DNA of 64,000 bases, taken from contig CAWFKH010000001.1 of NCBI GenBank assembly GCA_963816355.1, forward strand, positions 590,890 through 654,889. Direction: 5' to 3'. A program made the translations under genes and the position numbers. Below, in pieces: positions 12,106-23,430 of this stretch. The stretch is from an uncultured Gemmatimonadales bacterium (lineage in GTDB: Bacteria; Gemmatimonadota; Gemmatimonadetes; Longimicrobiales; RSA9). Under the pieces are notes generated by a model. That model was not told the DNA's origin and made no database searches. It was given only the letters and a program-made list of their open reading frames with translations. Every line of letters begins with the position of its first letter. Position 1 is the stretch's first letter.

Positions 12106-12121
12106 TGGCACCAGGTTTGCT
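12106..12121 (+). promoter_or_regulatory. Sigma54 -24/-12 promoter of the OmpA gene
   Basis: TGGCAC-CAGGT-TTGCT with exact GG-N10-GC spacing, 56 nt before ATG 12178. Confidence 0.75.
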
Positions 12122-12177
12122 CGATGTAGGGGGTGAAATCCACGAACAGGGGAACTCCCGAAGAAGAGGTGGCTACG

Positions 12178-12858
12178 ATGCGAGCGACCAGGAGAAGTGC
12201 CGTTCCGGCGTTGATGCTTGGCGCGCTGCTGGTGACGAGCGCGGGGTGCGCGAGCTGGAACAACAAGGAGAAGGGCGCGGCGGTCGGCGCGGGCGTGGGC
12301 GCGGCTGCGGGCGCGGCGATCGGTCACGCGAACGGGTCGACGGCGAAGGGGGCGCTGATCGGCGCGGTGGTGGGGGGCGCGGCGGGCGCCGTGATCGGAC
12401 ACCAGATGGACAAGCAGGCGGACGAGTTGGCGACGGACCTGCCGAACGCGGACGTGAGTCGGGTGGGCGAGGGGATCCTGGTGAACTTCCCGTCGGGGAT
12501 CCTCTTTCCGTTCGACTCGGACGCGCTGCAGCCGAACGGCCGACAGAACCTGGCGGACCTGGCGCAGAGCCTGAACAAGTACCCGAAGACGGAAGTGCTG
12601 ATCGTCGGTCACACGGATTCCGTGGGGACGGCGGCGTACAACCAGGAGCTGTCGGAGGAGCGGGCGGCGTCGGCGGAGGCGTACCTCGCGTCGCTGGGGA
12701 TCGCGCGGGACCGCGTGAGCACGGAGGGGCGGGGCGAGAGCGAGCCGATCGCGTCGAACGAGACGGCGACGGGGCGGCAGCAGAACCGGCGCGTGGAGGT
12801 CGCGATCTACGCGAGCGAGGAATACCGGCAGGAGGTGCTGAACAGCATCGGCCACTGA
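12178..12858 (+). CDS. OmpA family lipoprotein (glycine zipper + OmpA C-terminal domain, YiaD-like)
   Basis: Lipobox SAGC, Gly zipper, GHTDS..YNQELSEERA, NRRVE. Confidence 0.93.
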   Translation: MRATRRSAVPALMLGALLVTSAGCASWNNKEKGAAVGAGVGAAAGAAIGHANGSTAKGALIGAVVGGAAGAVIGHQMDKQADELATDLPNADVSRVGEGILVNFPSGILFPFDSDALQPNGRQNLADLAQSLNKYPKTEVLIVGHTDSVGTAAYNQELSEERAASAEAYLASLGIARDRVSTEGRGESEPIASNETATGRQQNRRVEVAIYASEEYRQEVLNSIGH

Positions 12859-12894
12859 GCCGCGGGCGCGGTGGGGGCGGTGTCCGCGGCGCCC

Positions 12895-15126
<2,232 letters not shown>

Positions 15127-15210
15127 GTTGGGACGGCTCCGGGTTCGCGATTCGGGGCGCGAAATGCAGGAATCGCGCCGCCTGAGGGCCCGGTCGCAGC
15201 GGACGGCCCA

Positions 15211-15816
15211 TCACCTCTCATGGACGACGACCTCCATGAACTGGGAGAGGATGCGGTGGGTGAGGCCCCAGATCTCGTACGACTCGTAGCGGAAGGCGGG
15301 GAAGGCGCGCGTGCCGCCTTCCAGCTCGACGAGGACCTCGCCGATGGCGGTCTCGTCGCGCAGCGCGCGCAGCGGGATCCAGACGGCGGCGGCGACCTCG
15401 CGCGGGTCGGGACGCAGCTCGGCGCGGGCGTCGGTGCGCGCGACGTACGGCGCGACGACGAGGGGGGGCAGCCGGGTCGAGCGGGGGGCGACGTCGTCGA
15501 GGCGGCCGAGCAGGTCGCGATCGCGGCGGAGCTGGATGCCCACCTCCTCGCGCGTTTCGCGGAAGGCGGTATCGAGGAGGTCCTCGTCGATCGGGGCGCG
15601 GCGCCCGCCGGGCAGCGCCATGTGGCCGGACCAGGGGTCGCCGGCCCGCTCGACGCGCTGGATCAGGAGAAGCTCCATGTCAGGAGCTTCCCGCAGCAGC
15701 AGCGTGACGGCGGCCTCCCCGCGGTCGGGGCGGCGCGTGGCATGGCGAGGCGAGTGTGCGCGGAGGGCGTCGCGGATCGCGCTCCACCCGGCGTCGCCGT
15801 ACGGGTCGTCGGGCAC
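15211..15816 (-). CDS. Nudix hydrolase, CoA pyrophosphatase-like
   Basis: WSGHMALPGG..RETREEVG Nudix box, IWGLT; start GTG inferred. Confidence 0.88.
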   Translation of the reverse strand: MPDDPYGDAGWSAIRDALRAHSPRHATRRPDRGEAAVTLLLREAPDMELLLIQRVERAGDPWSGHMALPGGRRAPIDEDLLDTAFRETREEVGIQLRRDRDLLGRLDDVAPRSTRLPPLVVAPYVARTDARAELRPDPREVAAAVWIPLRALRDETAIGEVLVELEGGTRAFPAFRYESYEIWGLTHRILSQFMEVVVHER

Positions 15817-15896
15817 GCCCCAGTGTAGGAGGGTGGCCGCTCCCGGGGCAACGGCGCGGGAGCTTTGGGCATCGTAGGGGGTAGGTAGAAGCACCG

Positions 15897-16208
15897 ATGA
15901 AGGGTCGAGCGAGAGGGTCACGTCGACGGCACGTCCTCGAGCGGGATGGCTTCCGCTGCGTGTACTGCGCGCGGGTCTTTCCCGCTGAGGAACTGACGGT
16001 CGACCACGTCGAGCCGCGCGTGCGCGGCGGCGACCATTCGGCGGGCAATCTCGTGACCTGCTGCCGGGAATGCAACACGGCGAAAGGCGGTGCGCCCGCG
16101 TGGGCGTTCCTTTCGCGCCGACCCGATCTCCGCGCCAACTTCCTCGCGCTGGGCGAAGCCGTCTGGCCGCGGCTGCGCCGAGCGGTCGAGGAGGCCGCCG
16201 AGCCGTAG
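15897..16208 (+). CDS. Small HNH endonuclease (McrA-like)
   Basis: RDGFRCVYC..TVDHV.PR..GG....NLVTCCRECNTAKG. Confidence 0.9.
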   Translation: MKGRARGSRRRHVLERDGFRCVYCARVFPAEELTVDHVEPRVRGGDHSAGNLVTCCRECNTAKGGAPAWAFLSRRPDLRANFLALGEAVWPRLRRAVEEAAEP

Positions 16209-16243
16209 CCAGGTTCGCTCGCTCACTCTTTTCCGCTGCCGAG

Positions 16244-18787
16244 ATGCACCGCACCAATGCACGCCCACGACGCCTGATGGCCGCCGCGCTCGCGGCGGTC
16301 GCGCTCGTCGCGGCCGCGGCGTGCGGTGGCGGAGGCCCCGGCCCGCCGGCGGGGGCGAGCGGCGACCTGGACGACGGCCGGCGGGACGCCGCCGAGTGGA
16401 TCGCGGACGCGCGCGTCCACGACCGGGCGGACTCGTCGGAGGTGGTCGCACTCGGCTACCTGGAGCGCGCGCGCCTGGGGCTCGGCTCGCCGTTTCGCCT
16501 CGCGGAGTACGCGCTGGACGACCCCCGCCTCGACAGCCTCTACCAGCGCCGCGTGGCGTGGGCCGTGCTCGCGCGCGTCTCGGCGCGTCAGGACTACGAC
16601 GTCGACCCCGCTGCGCTGGACGGCGTGGACATGCACCGTTCGCTGCGCGCCGACGGCGCCGCGCACCTGCGTCTGATCCAGGGCGTGGTGCGTGCGGCGC
16701 GCGATCCGCGCGCGGGTGAGCTCGCCGTCCGGCTGGCCTACGCGCTGGCGGCGGCGGAGGGGTCGGTGAGCCGTGCGGGGCCCGGCGTCGCCGCCCAGGC
16801 GGCCGCGCTGGCACGCGACCGCGAGCTGGCGCACGACGACGTGCGACGGCTCCTCGCGGCCGCGGACCGCGCCGACGCCGATCCGCTGGCGCTGCTGCGG
16901 CGGTGGCGCGTCGAGCGGCGCTTCGCCGTCGAGCAGCCGCTTGCGGGCGCCATCGGGATCGACGCGGAGGCGGAGGCGATCGAGCTGGCGCCGCGGCTGG
17001 TGGAGGCGGTGCGCCAGATCGGGTCGGCGGCCGGATCGGAGGGGCGCGAGCCGGCGAGGGCGGCGAGGAGCGCGGCCCCGGGAACGCCGCTGCTCGGCAC
17101 GCGCGTCGCGGTGCGGCTCGAGGCGCGCACCGATTCGCTCGACCCACCGCCGCAGGCGCCGATCGTCATGGCGGTGCGGCTGCACGAAGAGGAGGCGGGG
17201 CGGCGGTCGCCCGCAGACACCGCGGCGTTCTCGCTCTTCGCCCGCCGCGCGCGCGACGAAGAGCATTTCGCGGCCGAGTACCCGCGTTTCCTGACGAACG
17301 CGGTGGGCGCCCGCGACCTGGTCGCGCGCGTGGCGCTGTCGGCGGCGGTCGCGCTGCGGCCGTACGCGCAGGAGGCGGTGTGGTACCCGAGGCTGGGCGG
17401 CCCGAGCGAGGCGGACCTCGAGACGCGCTACGGCCTCGCGGCGGTCGCCTTCGACCGGGACGTGCCGCTCCCGTGGCGGCCGTACTACCGTCGCATGCTG
17501 GCGACGTCGCTCACCGACCTGCAGCGCGTCCTGCCGCCGCTCTCCTTCCGCGGCCTGCGCGTGCGCTTCGGCTCGCTGCGCAGCGGCCAGGCGACGACGC
17601 TCGCGATGCACGATCCGCGCACGCGCACCGTCTACTTCCCGCCGGCGACCGGCGCCGGCACGATCGCGCACGAGCTGGCGCACGACCTCGACTGGCAGGT
17701 GGCGCGGCGCCGCTTCGGCGTCCGCGGCGACTACGCGACCGACCGCGCGACGCGCCGCGGCCGCGGCGCGATGGCGCTGTCGCTGCACGACCTGGCCGAC
17801 GGCGCGCTCGACCCGCCGCGACCCGGCGAGCCGACGACCTCGCACGCGCGGCGTCCGGCGGAGGTGTTCGCGCGCAGCGTCGACTGGGCCGTGACCCTCG
17901 CGCTGGCGCGCGACGGCCGCATGGACGGCTACCTCTCCTCGGTGCAGGACGGCGTGCTCACCGGCTACGGCAGCGTGCGGCCGCCGGACTTCACCGGCCG
18001 CGCCGGCGACGCGCTCGTGTCGATCCTCGACCAGGTCGCGCCGCTGCCCGCCGACCTGCGGCGCTGGTACCTGGAGCACCACGGGCTCGGCCGGCCTCTC
18101 CCCGCCTACGACCTCGTGCGCATGGTGCTCGAGGCGCCGATCCCCGTCGAGCGCGACCTCGTGCTCGTCTTCGGCGGCTCCGCCGTGAACGACGACTCCG
18201 CCGCCTCCGATTCCCTCGCCGTCGATTCCGCCCGCGCCAACGCCAGCGCCAGCGCGAGCCCTCGCTTTGCCGCGATCGCGGCCGCCCGCGACGCCGCGAT
18301 GCGCGCCATCGACGAGTGGATCTGCGACGTCCCCGGCGCCGCCTACGACCGCGACATGCAGCAGGCCCGCCGCGAGCTCGTGCTGCGCGCCGCGGAGGCG
18401 CGCGCCCGCGGCATCGCCCTCCACCGCGCCACCGAGGTGGCCGGCATCGCGGGGCGGCGCTGGGTGGCGCGCGCCCTCTTCGGCGCCCCGTGGCCGGAGT
18501 CGGCCGTCGACTCGACGACCGCGGACTACCTGGCCGGCCTGGTCGGTCGCGTGCGCGAGATCGCCGCCGGTTCGGCGCTGCCGGAGCAGAGCTTCCGCCT
18601 CGCCGCCGCGCCCGCCCGCTGCGCGGTGGCGCCGCTCGCGATCGCCACCGACGTCGCGCCCTTCGCGCTCGCCGTCGCCGCCGCGCCTTCCGCCCCCTCA
18701 CGTGGCTCGCCGCTCGCGCCGGCTGATCCTCGGGCCTCCCTCCCACACGCGGATCCCCCCTCGCGCCAGTCGGCTCGCGCCGGCTGA
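16244..18787 (+). CDS. Large hypothetical lipoprotein with zincin-like HExxH domain
   Basis: Hydrophobic signal ending AAAC; TIAHELAHDLD and downstream EVFARS; start 16244 or 16277. Confidence 0.6.
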   Translation: MHRTNARPRRLMAAALAAVALVAAAACGGGGPGPPAGASGDLDDGRRDAAEWIADARVHDRADSSEVVALGYLERARLGLGSPFRLAEYALDDPRLDSLYQRRVAWAVLARVSARQDYDVDPAALDGVDMHRSLRADGAAHLRLIQGVVRAARDPRAGELAVRLAYALAAAEGSVSRAGPGVAAQAAALARDRELAHDDVRRLLAAADRADADPLALLRRWRVERRFAVEQPLAGAIGIDAEAEAIELAPRLVEAVRQIGSAAGSEGREPARAARSAAPGTPLLGTRVAVRLEARTDSLDPPPQAPIVMAVRLHEEEAGRRSPADTAAFSLFARRARDEEHFAAEYPRFLTNAVGARDLVARVALSAAVALRPYAQEAVWYPRLGGPSEADLETRYGLAAVAFDRDVPLPWRPYYRRMLATSLTDLQRVLPPLSFRGLRVRFGSLRSGQATTLAMHDPRTRTVYFPPATGAGTIAHELAHDLDWQVARRRFGVRGDYATDRATRRGRGAMALSLHDLADGALDPPRPGEPTTSHARRPAEVFARSVDWAVTLALARDGRMDGYLSSVQDGVLTGYGSVRPPDFTGRAGDALVSILDQVAPLPADLRRWYLEHHGLGRPLPAYDLVRMVLEAPIPVERDLVLVFGGSAVNDDSAASDSLAVDSARANASASASPRFAAIAAARDAAMRAIDEWICDVPGAAYDRDMQQARRELVLRAAEARARGIALHRATEVAGIAGRRWVARALFGAPWPESAVDSTTADYLAGLVGRVREIAAGSALPEQSFRLAAAPARCAVAPLAIATDVAPFALAVAAAPSAPSRGSPLAPADPRASLPHADPPSRQSARAG

Positions 18788-18804
18788 TCCTCGGGCCTCC
18801 CTCC
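18712..18804. repeat. Direct repeat of about 32 bp (GCTCGCGCCGGCTGATCCTCGGGCCTCCCTCCC) x2
   Basis: Copies near 18712 and 18773, spanning the lipoprotein 3' end. Confidence 0.7.
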
Positions 18805-18909
18805 CCAGACGCGGCCCCCCCCGCGCGCCGGCCGGCTCGCCCCGGCCGGTCGGGCCGCCCCCCCCACACGCGCCCCCCCCCGCGCCGGCCGGTCGGGCCT
18901 CACGCGGAC

Positions 18910-19094
18910 GAGCGAGAGAAATCTCGTAATCGACGCCCCGGCGATGATCGACATCCGACTATTTCTCGGAAACCGGGAAGAATCTCGTAACGGCCGTGCG
19001 CGGCCCGCGGCGGCCTCGAGATTCTTATCGCTTTCCGAGAAGAATCAGGATGTCGATCCTGGAGAGGGCGCCCATTACGAGAAATTGCTCGCTC
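18910..19094. repeat. Imperfect inverted repeat with arms of about 80 bp between convergent genes (REP/MITE-like)
   Basis: Blocks GAGCGAG, TCTCGTAAT, GATCGACATCC, TTCTCGGAAA and AAGAATCTCG all recur in reverse complement in mirror order. Confidence 0.8.
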
Positions 19095-19138
19095 ACGACG
19101 GACCGGCGGAGGGGACGGGGGAGGGGGGAGGGGGCGCG

Positions 19139-20308
19139 CTAGCGGAGGGTCCGGCGGAACTGGCGCGTCGCCAGCCACAGGACCACGGCGGCCATGAGCG
19201 TCAGGGTGGCGAGCTGCGGCCACAGGTCCGTGAAGCCCTCGCCTTTCAGGAAGACGCCACGCACGACCTCCAGGAAGTGGCGCACCGGATTGAGCAGCGT
19301 CAGCTCCTGGAAGAAGAGCGGCATCGAGCGGATGGGATACATGAAGCCGGAGAGGATGATCATCGGCAGGAAGAAGAGGAACATCGCCATGAACGCCTCC
19401 TGCTGCGTGCTCGATACGGTCGAAACGAGCAGACCGAGGCCGAGCGCGGCGAGGATGTAGACGCTCGAGGCGGCGAGCAGGAGCGGCACGCTGCCGCGCA
19501 GCGGGATGTGGAACCAGAGCACCGCGACCGCGGTGACGAGCGCGAGGTCGAGGAAGGCGATCGCCGCCACCGGGATCGTCTTGCCCAGGATCAGCTCCCC
19601 CGCCGAGAGCGGCGAGACCATCAGTTGTTCGAGCGTGCCCAGCTCGCGCTCGCGGACCACCGTCAGCGCCGTGAGCAGCAGCGCCATCAGCATCAGGATC
19701 ACCGCGATCACGCCCGGCACGTTGTAGACGCGGCTCTCCAGGGAGGGATTGAACCACGCGCGGGCGCGCAGGTCGACGCCGCCGGCCGTCGCGCCACCGG
19801 CTGCCGCGCCACCGGCCGTCGCGCCACCGGCCGTCGCAGCGCCGGGGTCGTAGTTCTGGCCGAAGCGCTGGACGATCTGCGTCGCGTAGCCCTGCGCGAC
19901 GGTGGCGGTGTTCGAGCTGGTGCCGTCGACGAGGATCTGGACGACGGCGCCGCGGCGTGCGGCGAGGTCGGCGGCGAAGCCGCGCGGGATCTCGAGGCCG
20001 ACGAGGGCGTCGCCGGCGTCGAGCGCGCGGCGGATGTCGGCGGAGCGGTCGCTGATGGCGACGAGGCGGAAGTAGCCGGCGGCGGTCATCGCATCGACGA
20101 GCCGGCGCGATTCGATCGTGTGGTCGTGGTCGACCACCACGAGCGCGGCGTTGCGCACGTCGGTGTTGACGGCGTAGCCGAAGAGGAGGAGCTGCAGCAC
20201 GGGCGAGACGAAGATGAGGCGCTTCGTCTTCGGGTCGCGGAAGATCTGCCGCCACTCCTTGCGCAGCAGCTCGCGGATGCGGAGCAGCGACTCGCGCGCG
20301 GCGTTCAT
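19139..20308 (-). CDS. ABC-2 transporter permease (YbhR-like)
   Basis: LLLFGYA, VRERELGTLEQL, LSGFMYPI. Confidence 0.92.
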   Translation of the reverse strand: MNAARESLLRIRELLRKEWRQIFRDPKTKRLIFVSPVLQLLLFGYAVNTDVRNAALVVVDHDHTIESRRLVDAMTAAGYFRLVAISDRSADIRRALDAGDALVGLEIPRGFAADLAARRGAVVQILVDGTSSNTATVAQGYATQIVQRFGQNYDPGAATAGGATAGGAAAGGATAGGVDLRARAWFNPSLESRVYNVPGVIAVILMLMALLLTALTVVRERELGTLEQLMVSPLSAGELILGKTIPVAAIAFLDLALVTAVAVLWFHIPLRGSVPLLLAASSVYILAALGLGLLVSTVSSTQQEAFMAMFLFFLPMIILSGFMYPIRSMPLFFQELTLLNPVRHFLEVVRGVFLKGEGFTDLWPQLATLTLMAAVVLWLATRQFRRTLR

Positions 20309-20369
20309 GCGGGGGCTCGCCCGCCGCCCGTCGAGGGCGGCAGCGGCGTGGCCGGCTCGCGCGTCTCGC

Positions 20370-21485
20370 TCATCCGATCTCCTTGCGGAAAGCGTACGTG
20401 GCGAGGCCGAGGCCGATCGCGGCGAAGAGGATCATGGAGAGCGCTTGCGCCCAGAGCACGCCGGCGCCGACGCCCTTCAGGAAGATCCCGCGGGTGACCG
20501 TGATGTAGTAGCGTGCGGGGATCACGTAGGTGAAGAGCCGCAGCGCGCGGGGCATGCTCGCGATGTCGAAGAGGAAGCCGGAGAGCAGGATCGCGGGCAG
20601 GTAGGTGACGACCATCGCGACCTGCATCGCCAGGACCTGCGAGCGGAGCGCCGCGGAGATGAAGATGCCGAGGCCGAGCGCGCCCAGCAGGAAGAGCAGG
20701 GTGAGCACCGCGAGCAGGGCGACGTCGCCGCGCAGCGGCACGCCGAAGACGAGGATGCCGGCGAGCGTCGCGACGGCGACGTCGAAGAGGCCGATGATCA
20801 GGTAGGGCAGGAGCTTGCCGAGCACGACCTCGTGGCGGCGCACCGGCGTGGCGGCGAGCTGCTCCATGGTGCCGCGCTCCCATTCGCGCGCGATCGTGAG
20901 CGCGGTCAGGACCGCGGCGATGATCGACATGATCACCGCGATCAGGCCGGGCACGATCATGTTCCGGCTCTCCAGCTTCGGGTTGTACCACACGCGCGTC
21001 TCGGCGCGCGCCGGCGGCGTGAAGGTGCGTCCGCGCAGCAGCACGTCGACGGAGAAGCGGGCGGCGATCGCCTGCGCGTAGGCGAGCGCGATCGTGGCGG
21101 TGTTGGCGTCGCCGCCGTCGAGCAGCAGTTGCACGGGGGCGGCGCGGCCGGCGACGAGGTCGCGGGCGAAGCCGGGCGGCACGATCAGCGCGCCGAGCGC
21201 GTGGCCGTGCGCGATCGGCGCGTCGACGTCTGCGTACCGCGCGGGGCGGCCGACGACGTCGAAGTAGCCGCTCGCCTCGAACGCCTCGACCAGCGCCCGG
21301 CTGTCCTGCGTGGCGTCGCGGTCGAGCACGAGGAGGCGGATGTCCTTCACGTCCCACGTGATCGCGTAGCCGAAGAAGAGCAGCAGGAAGAGCGGCAGCA
21401 GGAACGCGAGCGCCATGCTGCGCCGGTCGCGGCGGAGCTGGATCGCCTCCTTGCGCGCGACGGCCAGGAGCCGGCCGGCGGCCAT
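20370..21485 (-). CDS. ABC-2 transporter permease (YbhS-like)
   Basis: ARKEAIQLRRD, IAREWERGTMEQL, LSGFLFDI. Confidence 0.92.
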   Translation of the reverse strand: MAAGRLLAVARKEAIQLRRDRRSMALAFLLPLFLLLFFGYAITWDVKDIRLLVLDRDATQDSRALVEAFEASGYFDVVGRPARYADVDAPIAHGHALGALIVPPGFARDLVAGRAAPVQLLLDGGDANTATIALAYAQAIAARFSVDVLLRGRTFTPPARAETRVWYNPKLESRNMIVPGLIAVIMSIIAAVLTALTIAREWERGTMEQLAATPVRRHEVVLGKLLPYLIIGLFDVAVATLAGILVFGVPLRGDVALLAVLTLLFLLGALGLGIFISAALRSQVLAMQVAMVVTYLPAILLSGFLFDIASMPRALRLFTYVIPARYYITVTRGIFLKGVGAGVLWAQALSMILFAAIGLGLATYAFRKEIG

Positions 21486-21490
21486 CGCGC

Positions 21491-22456
21491 TCAGCCTTCC
21501 CGGGCGCCGCCCTCGCGGCGCACGAGCGAGACGAAGACGTCCTCGAGCGAGGGGCGGACGACGCGGATCGCGCGGGTGCGGCGGCCGAGGCCGCCGAGGA
21601 GCTCCGGCAGGCGGAGCCGCGCGGCGTCGGCGTCCTCCGCCACGACGTGGACCGCGCGGCCGAACATCGAGGCGTCGACGACGCCGGGCGCGCCGCGCAG
21701 CGCCTCGACGGCGCGCGGCGCGTCGTCCACGTGCAGCTCGAGGACCGGCAGCCGCATCGAAGCGCGCAGCGCCGGCGGCGCGTCCAGCGCGATGAGGCGG
21801 CCGCGGTTCATGAGCGCGAGCCGGTGGCAGTACTCGGCCTCCTCCATGTAGTGCGTGCTGACAAGGATGGTGGTGCCGTGCGCGGCGAGCGAATCGATCA
21901 GGTCCCAGAACGCGCGGCGCGCGAGCGGGTCGACGCCAGACGTCGGCTCGTCGAGGAAGAGGATGGAGGGCTCGTGGAGCACGGCGCAGCCGAGCGCCAG
22001 CCGCTGCTTGAAGCCGAGCGGCAGCTCCGCCGTCAGGCGGTCCTCCCTGCCGACGATCCCCGCCATCCGCATCACCCACTCGCGACGCTCCGCGAGCCGC
22101 TTCCCCGTCACGCCGTAGAGGCCCGCGAAGAGCGAGACGTTCTCCGCCACCGTGAGGTCGCCGTAGAGCGAGAAACGCTGCGACATGTAGCCGATGCGGC
22201 GGCGGATCGCGGCGGCGTCGCCGACGATGTCGAGCCCGGCGACGCGGCCGCCGCCGGACGTCGGCGCGAGCAGGCCGGTCAGCATCTTGATCGTCGTCGT
22301 CTTCCCCGCGCCGTTGGGCCCGAGAAAGCCGAAGATCTCGCCGGTGCGGACCGCGAAGGTGACGTCGTCGACGGCGGTGAAGTCCCCGAAGCGGCGCGTG
22401 AGACGATCCACCTCGATCGCGGGCGGCGGCCGGTCAGGCGGCGGCCGGTCAGGCAT
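21491..22456 (-). CDS. ABC transporter ATP-binding protein (YbhF C-half-like)
   Basis: GPNGAGKT, LPLGFKQRL, LDEPTSGVD. Confidence 0.93.
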   Translation of the reverse strand: MPDRPPPDRPPPAIEVDRLTRRFGDFTAVDDVTFAVRTGEIFGFLGPNGAGKTTTIKMLTGLLAPTSGGGRVAGLDIVGDAAAIRRRIGYMSQRFSLYGDLTVAENVSLFAGLYGVTGKRLAERREWVMRMAGIVGREDRLTAELPLGFKQRLALGCAVLHEPSILFLDEPTSGVDPLARRAFWDLIDSLAAHGTTILVSTHYMEEAEYCHRLALMNRGRLIALDAPPALRASMRLPVLELHVDDAPRAVEALRGAPGVVDASMFGRAVHVVAEDADAARLRLPELLGGLGRRTRAIRVVRPSLEDVFVSLVRREGGAREG

Positions 22457-23402
22457 GCGCCGCTCCGGCGTCGGTGACGAGCTGGATGAAGACGTCCTCG
22501 AGCGACGGCGGCACGGCGCGGTCGTCGTGGATCGCGACGCCGGCATCCCGCAGCGCCGCGCGCGCCGCCTCCCACGTGTCGTCGCCGCGCAGCCACACGT
22601 GGATCGAGTCGCCGTAGAGCGTGGCGCGCGCCACCGCGGGGGAGGCGCGGAGCAGGTCGCGCGCGCGGCGCGGCGCGTCGGTCCAGAGCGCGCGCATCTC
22701 GCCGCCGAGCGAGGCCTGCAGCGCCTGCGGCGCGTCGAGCGCGAGGGCGCGGCCGCGGTCGAGCAGGACGACGCGGTCGCAGCGTTCGGCTTCGTCCATG
22801 TACGAGGTCGACACGACGACGGTGACGCCGGCGGCGACGCGTTCGTGGAGGATGAGCCAGAGGTCGCGTCGTGAGATCGGGTCGACGCCGAACGTCGGCT
22901 CGTCGAGCAGCAGCAGCTCCGGCTCGTGCACCAGCGCGCAGGAGAGGGAGAGCTTCTGCTTCATGCCGCCGGAGAGGTTGCCGGCGAGGCGGTCGCGGAA
23001 GGGGGCGAGGTCGGAGAAGCGATAGAGCCGCTCGAGCCGCGCCGTGCGCTCGCCGCGCGGAACGCTGTAGAGGTCGGCGTAGAAGGCGAGGTTCTCCGCC
23101 ACCGTCAGGTCGTCGTAGAGGCCGAAGCGCTGCGCCATGTAGGCGATGTGCGGCTTGACCTCTTCGGGCCGCGCGGCGACGCCGATGCCGAGCACCGCGG
23201 CGTCGCCGGACGTCGGGCGGAGCACGCCGGCGAGCATGCGAAGCGTCGTCGTCTTGCCGGCTCCGTCGGGGCCCACAATGCCGAACAGCTCGCCGCGGCG
23301 GATGTCGAGCGAGAGGCCGTCGACGGCGGCGCGCCCGCCGAAGTGGCGGGTGAGGGAGCGCAGCGAGACGGCGACGTCCTCGCCGGACGGTGCGCCGCTC
23401 AT
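22449..23402 (-). CDS. ABC transporter ATP-binding protein (YbhF N-half-like)
   Basis: GPDGAGKT, LSGGMKQKL, LDEPTFGVD. Confidence 0.93.
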   Translation of the reverse strand: MSGAPSGEDVAVSLRSLTRHFGGRAAVDGLSLDIRRGELFGIVGPDGAGKTTTLRMLAGVLRPTSGDAAVLGIGVAARPEEVKPHIAYMAQRFGLYDDLTVAENLAFYADLYSVPRGERTARLERLYRFSDLAPFRDRLAGNLSGGMKQKLSLSCALVHEPELLLLDEPTFGVDPISRRDLWLILHERVAAGVTVVVSTSYMDEAERCDRVVLLDRGRALALDAPQALQASLGGEMRALWTDAPRRARDLLRASPAVARATLYGDSIHVWLRGDDTWEAARAALRDAGVAIHDDRAVPPSLEDVFIQLVTDAGAAHA

Positions 23403-23430
23403 CGTCGCGGCCGCGCGCGCGTCGGACCGC

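Noticed and set aside
15897..16208. HNH as Cas9/IscB, retron or restriction system component
   Set aside because: Only 103 aa; no RuvC, RT, methylase or ncRNA partner nearby
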